Source: Gekko japonicus (Eukaryota). Taken from it: DNA of 64,000 bases. Below are positions 59,417 to 64,000 of this stretch, one piece after another (positions within the stretch are counted from its first letter, which is position 1; each line of letters opens with the position of its first letter). Both the position numbers and the translations under genes were made by a program. The notes under the pieces were generated by a model. That model saw only the letters and a program-made list of their open reading frames with translations. It had not been told where the DNA came from and made no database searches. The stretch lies in the NCBI RefSeq assembly GCF_001447785.1, contig NW_015169181.1, positions 989,643 through 1,053,642 on the forward strand, read 5' to 3'.

Positions 59417-60923
59417 GAACAAGCTTGATCTTTTTGTCCAGGGTGGGGAGGGGAGAGGAGATGGCTTGTTAGAGTGTCTTTAGTAGAGAGTTGCAAAGCC
59501 CCGTAGGACTCACTGACACGTGCCTAGGAGGATTGCGTTGTAACAGCTCGATCCCATGCATGTTTTTTTAATAAGTATTTTTATTTGGTTTCCAATACAT
59601 ACTTAACATATAAGGTAGAGTCTCATACATTTAACTTCTCTATCCAATCATACACCTTAAACCATCTTTTATCATACACTTTTACATTTTTGTTTTGCAA
59701 CATCAAACTCAGGTTGTCCATTTGCGCTAGATCTAACACTTTCACCACTAATTCCTCCGGTACTGTGTCTAGTTTCTAGTTCTTGGCAAGTAACAAACGG
59801 GCAGCGGTTATTATATACACAAGTACATATTTATCCTGCTGGCGATATCCCTTAGGTAACATATTTAATAGATATATTTCAGGTTCCAACGCCAAATTTT
59901 TCTCCATTATTTCTTGAATCAATTTCCTTACCATCTTCCAATATTCCTGAATTTTACTGCATGTCCACCACATGTGGTAAAAAGTCCCTGTATTAGCCTT
60001 ACATTTCCAACATTGGCTGGGGTAACCGGAGTAACATTTTGCTATTTTTTCAGGGGACCAATGCCACCTATGGAACATTTTATATGCATTTTATATACAT
60101 TTATATACATATAGCCTATAAAGGCTATGGCTCTCATATATTTAACCGATTCCCAAGTTTTGGTCCACATATCTAGCTCTATCTTTTTCCCTATATCTTT
60201 CATCCAACTGCACATTACTCCTTTCACTTCTTCATCTTTTTCGAAGTCTGTCAGTAAAAAGTTATACAATTTCTGTATAAATTTGTCATTTGAGGATAGC
60301 CATATTTTATCTAGCTCATTATTATTGTCTTCAAATCCTCTTAACATATCTTTTTTATACCTATCTTGTAGCATTGTCTTTTCCCACCAGGATAATATAT
60401 TTTCCCTTAACAACTTTTCTTCTATTATTAATTTATTTTCTCTATTTAGCAAGGTTTTATACGTTATTTTCTTATTTGTTGTTATCAATGCTGATTGGAT
60501 GAATGCTTCTGGGGTGAAACCCATCGTGGTATTTTCTTATAAAATTTTTCTTTTATCTTAGTCCAGAATTTATTTAGTACATCTCTTAACCAATGTTTTC
60601 TGAAATTTGAATGGATTTTATCCTTTCCGTACCATATATATGCGTGCCACCCCATTAATAAGTCATGACCCTCCAATAATAGTAGTCTCCTATTTTCCAA
60701 GGTGACCCATTCTTTGATCCAAGCTAGGGCGGCCGCTTGGTAGTAAAGGTACCAATTTGGCATATTCAATCCTCCTCTTTTTTTTCTATCCTGCAATACT
60801 TTCCATTTTATTCTAGCCTTTTTATGCTGCCAAATGAATTGTCTCATGATTTTATTTAAATCTTCAAAGAAATTCTGCTTTTTTAATATCGGTATACTTT
60901 GGGCTAGAAATAAAACTCTTGGC
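59417..60923 (-). mobile_element. Duplicate of 145-bp flank + L1 3' end
   Basis: 59417-60650 nearly identical to 55187-56439 apart from one replaced segment; remainder is a diverged L1. Confidence 0.9.
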
Positions 60924-61770
60924 CAAAATACACTCGCCACCTAAACAGGGTCGGGGAGGGATATTCAGATGGGCCTTCAGGGCTAGGTGATCTGACCATG
61001 GTACAGCCGAAGCTGTAATCCGGTCCAGTGTTACCCCAGCCACGAAGATCAAATTGAGTGTGTGTCCAGCCTGATGAGTCGGGGTCGTTACAAGTTGGGA
61101 GAGTCCGAGCGCCACCATGGATAACACCAGGTCCGCTGCCAGCATGCAGGTCGCATCATCGGCATGGAAGTTGAAGTCACCCAAGACAATAAGCCTAGGG
61201 TGCTCCAGCGCCCAGCCTGCTATGGCCTCCAGCAGGGACGGTAGGCCATTGGCTGGAGCGGTAGGTGGTCGGTACACCAGCCAAATAGCAACACTCTCCC
61301 TGGCTTCCCACACCAGGCCAACACACTCAATGCCCGTGATTTCCAGCGGTGGGAACGCCCTGAAGGAGTAAGCCTCCCGAATGAACATCGCCACTCCGTC
61401 CCCCCACCCCTTAGTCTGAGATTGGTGAAGGACTGAGAACCCAGGGGGGGAGCTGGGAGAGAGCAAAGGTCTCCCCGTCCCGCACCCAGGTCTTGGTCAC
61501 GCAAGCCAGGTCTAGCCTCTGCTCCTGCAGGAAGTCCCATAGGACCATGATCTTATTATTTACAGACCTGGCATTGCACAGCACCATTGTCGGAGAGGGG
61601 TTATCCATCCTAGCCCCACCGCTGACCACCTTCGGGATGGTTGATAGGCTGGAAGGACACCAAGCCAACTTATTTTTCAGTGCCCTTCCCTTATCTCTTG
61701 GCCTCGACCCACCGCTATACTTTCCCCGCCCCATGAGCACTGGGATCTGTCGGGGAGACATTACCATACC
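60924..61770 (-). mobile_element. L2-clade LINE endonuclease (5') region
   Basis: VLCNARSVNNK, LACVTKTW, VYRPP, LGDFNFH, PTHQAGHTLNL, WSDH. Confidence 0.85.
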
Positions 61771-62074
61771 AGCAGCCTTCGCCAAGCCTCAGACTGCCGA
61801 TAGCAGTAGAATGAACCCTGAGTATAATCAAGTGGAAGTCCACTGTTTTCACAAAACAATCTAATTCCAAATTGTGGGTAGTCAATCTGCCTAACCTACA
61901 CTAATACAGTACTATCATAAACTAAGCAACAGCTAACAATGTTCCCCGATTAATAAGATGTAAAATCACAGCCCCTCCCACCAATTTCATCATCATGAAT
62001 TAAAGTATAACATCCAGTCCCGGGACAGTGGCCCTCCACTTCGAGCCTCCCCCCAGATACCAATGCAGCATATT

Positions 62075-62390
62075 GTGTGTGATACACCAAGCAATGGTTC
62101 ATTTATTACACTTTACTAGATACCTTGTTCCACCCTTTTATTTATGAATTATTTCAATAAATCCTCTTTTATTCAAATATACCAGCTCTGAAAGAAATAC
62201 TTCCTTAGGACCACATAGTTCCTAAGAAGCCTTGAACTCGGCCTACCTAACCAGCAAGAGCAGAAGTAAAAGTATAAAGGTTTGGAAAGCCTTAAATTTC
62301 CTGGTGGCAGCCGTATATACATAGTAGAATAAAATAAAGAACACTTTTAAAGTGAAACCAGTCCTCCAGAATAAGGAGGTCGTCACAGGC
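62075..62390. mobile_element. Partial LTR related (inverted) to 41706-42463
   Basis: Shared blocks such as TTCAAATATACC..CTCTGAAAGAAATACTTCC and CCTGGTGGCAGCC. Confidence 0.7.
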
Positions 62391-62991
62391 ACGCTTTACC
62401 ATTTCACGTCATGTATACTCCACCTTTCTCCCCAATGAAGACCCAAAGCATCTTACCTCTTTCTCCTCTCATCAGGCCTAGCTACAGTGGTGCATTTGGG
62501 GGCAGAGCCCCAGCACCCACGAGCCCTGCTCCACCACCTGATGCCAGAAACCCCCACCCCCGGTGCACCTAGCCCTGCAGCCAGGAAGCTGCCCTGCAGT
62601 TTCTGGTCAGTCCCACAGATCAGCGGTTAGGTTTAACAACTGAAAGGAGGGGAGTGAAACTGACCAGAAGCAGCAGAGAGAAAAGGCATGGTGATGGTGG
62701 AAGGAGGAGTGGGGGATTTGGTGATGGTTGGGAAACCAATCTCTTTCTCTCCTGTAACGTTCCATGGCAGGGGGGTGGGGAGGGGGGTGATGGTGGGGGA
62801 AGCCAATCTCTTGGGGTTGCCTATCTCCAGGTGGTGTCTGGAGATCCCCTGGCATTACACCTGTTCTTACACCTGTTCTCCAGGTGGACTCTGTGGCATC
62901 GTATCCCATTGAAGCCCCTCCCCAAACCCCGCCCTCCTCAGCCTCCACTCCCAAAATCTCTATTTTTTATTTTAAAGAATTAGTAAAAGCA

Positions 62992-63641
62992 CAAGACGGG
63001 GACCCGCGATACTCCGCGGGGGGGGGGGGAGAAGAGCGCCGGCNNNNNNNNNNNNNNNNNNNNNNNNNNNNNNNNNNNNNNNNNNNNNNNNNNNNNNNNN
63101 NNNNNNNNNNNNNNNNNNNNNNNNNNNNNNNNNNNNNNNNNNNNNNNNNNNNNNNNNNNNNNNNNNNNNNNNNNNNNNNNNNNNNNNNNNNNNNNNNNNN
63201 NNNNNNNNNNNNNNNNNNNNNNNNCTCGGCCCCCCCCCTCGCCCCTCTCTCTCTCTCTCTTTCTCTCCGTCTCTCTCTCTGTTTACGCCCCCCCACTCTC
63301 TCTCTCTCTCTTTGCCCCCCCCACCGGCTCCGACCCGAGGCTTGGAAGCCGCGCGGGCCTCGGCTCCGTCTTTTTCCGGCTCTCCCCCCCCGTCTCCGGG
63401 GCACCTCGCACTCTCTCTCTCCCCCCCCCCGGCGGCGGCGGCGACGTTCCAGAGCGTCTGCTCTTGCACTTTTGGGGGAATTTAAACATCCCCCCCAAAA
63501 AAATTTTCAACTTTTTTATTTTTGTGCACACGTGGGGACTGGCCCACGTGTGCACAAACCTCCTCCGGCCCCCCAGCTGCCCCCGGAGCGCTGATTTAGC
63601 GATCCGCACTCCGGGGGCAACTTGGCTATTAGATATATAGA
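62992..63641 (-). mobile_element. Non-autonomous Helitron (contains gap)
   Basis: Minus strand A|TCTATATATCTAATAG ... hairpin CCCGCG-gagtat-CGCGGG 11 nt before CTTG|T (CTAG variant); no TSD. Confidence 0.7.
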
Positions 63642-63935
63642 TAATGGGTGCCACACACAAAAAAAGTTGCCCCACGAAACGAAAAACCCTGGCTATGACC
63701 CTGCCTCCCATCTATTTTATCCTCACCACAACCCTGTGAGGTAGGCTAGGCTGAGAGAAAGTGCCTGGCTCAAAGTCACCCCACCACCTTGGGTGGCAGA
63801 GTGGGGATTCAGTCCTGGGTCTTCTATACCATACAGGCTCTCTATAAATACCACACCAATCCTTTATGAAAAAGACTGAGTGGTTTTGTTCACATTAAAT
63901 TACCTACCCTGTGCTGTTATGCTTCCTCCCCCCAG

Positions 63936-64000
63936 GTACCTGAATCTGACACTGTGCTTCAAAACAAAATGGCTGCAGCAATCCAAGCCATTAAAAGCAA
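63936..64000 (+). CDS. Possible first coding exon of the next gene (REXO5 by synteny), runs off the window
   Basis: Polypyrimidine tract + CAG at 63933-63935; ATG 63969 in strong Kozak (AAAATGG), open to the window end. Protein not recognised. Confidence 0.25.

Overview
Vertebrate genomic DNA, squamate and probably gecko, judged from its Sauria SINEs, Squam3-like and 5S-headed SINEs and CR1/L1/L2 landscape. It is a draft assembly with four N gaps (20472-20752, 34502-34741, 36274-36313, 63044-63224). It carries the conserved THUMPD1(-) / ACSM3(+) / ERI2(-) block. THUMPD1 has 4 coding exons (324 aa) and ERI2 has 9 (674 aa). ACSM3 shows 12 of 13 expected coding exons; two are cut by gaps and one is not visible. 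A possible first coding exon of the next gene (REXO5 by synteny) lies at the right edge. Introns and spacers are rich in transposable elements. The most unusual items are: a ~1.7 kb R2-clade retrotransposon fragment with a 3' fold-back, inside a 5S-derived SINE in an ACSM3 intron instead of 28S rDNA; a rearranged Tf1/sushi-type Gypsy element with an 11-nt self-priming PBS signature; a mosaic L1 duplication; a nested inverted repeat between two CpG-island promoters; Penelope-derived palindromes with a hammerhead core; and a non-autonomous Helitron. Coordinates were read by eye. Exon boundaries were checked for GT/AG and phase; repeat boundaries are approximate unless TSDs are given.
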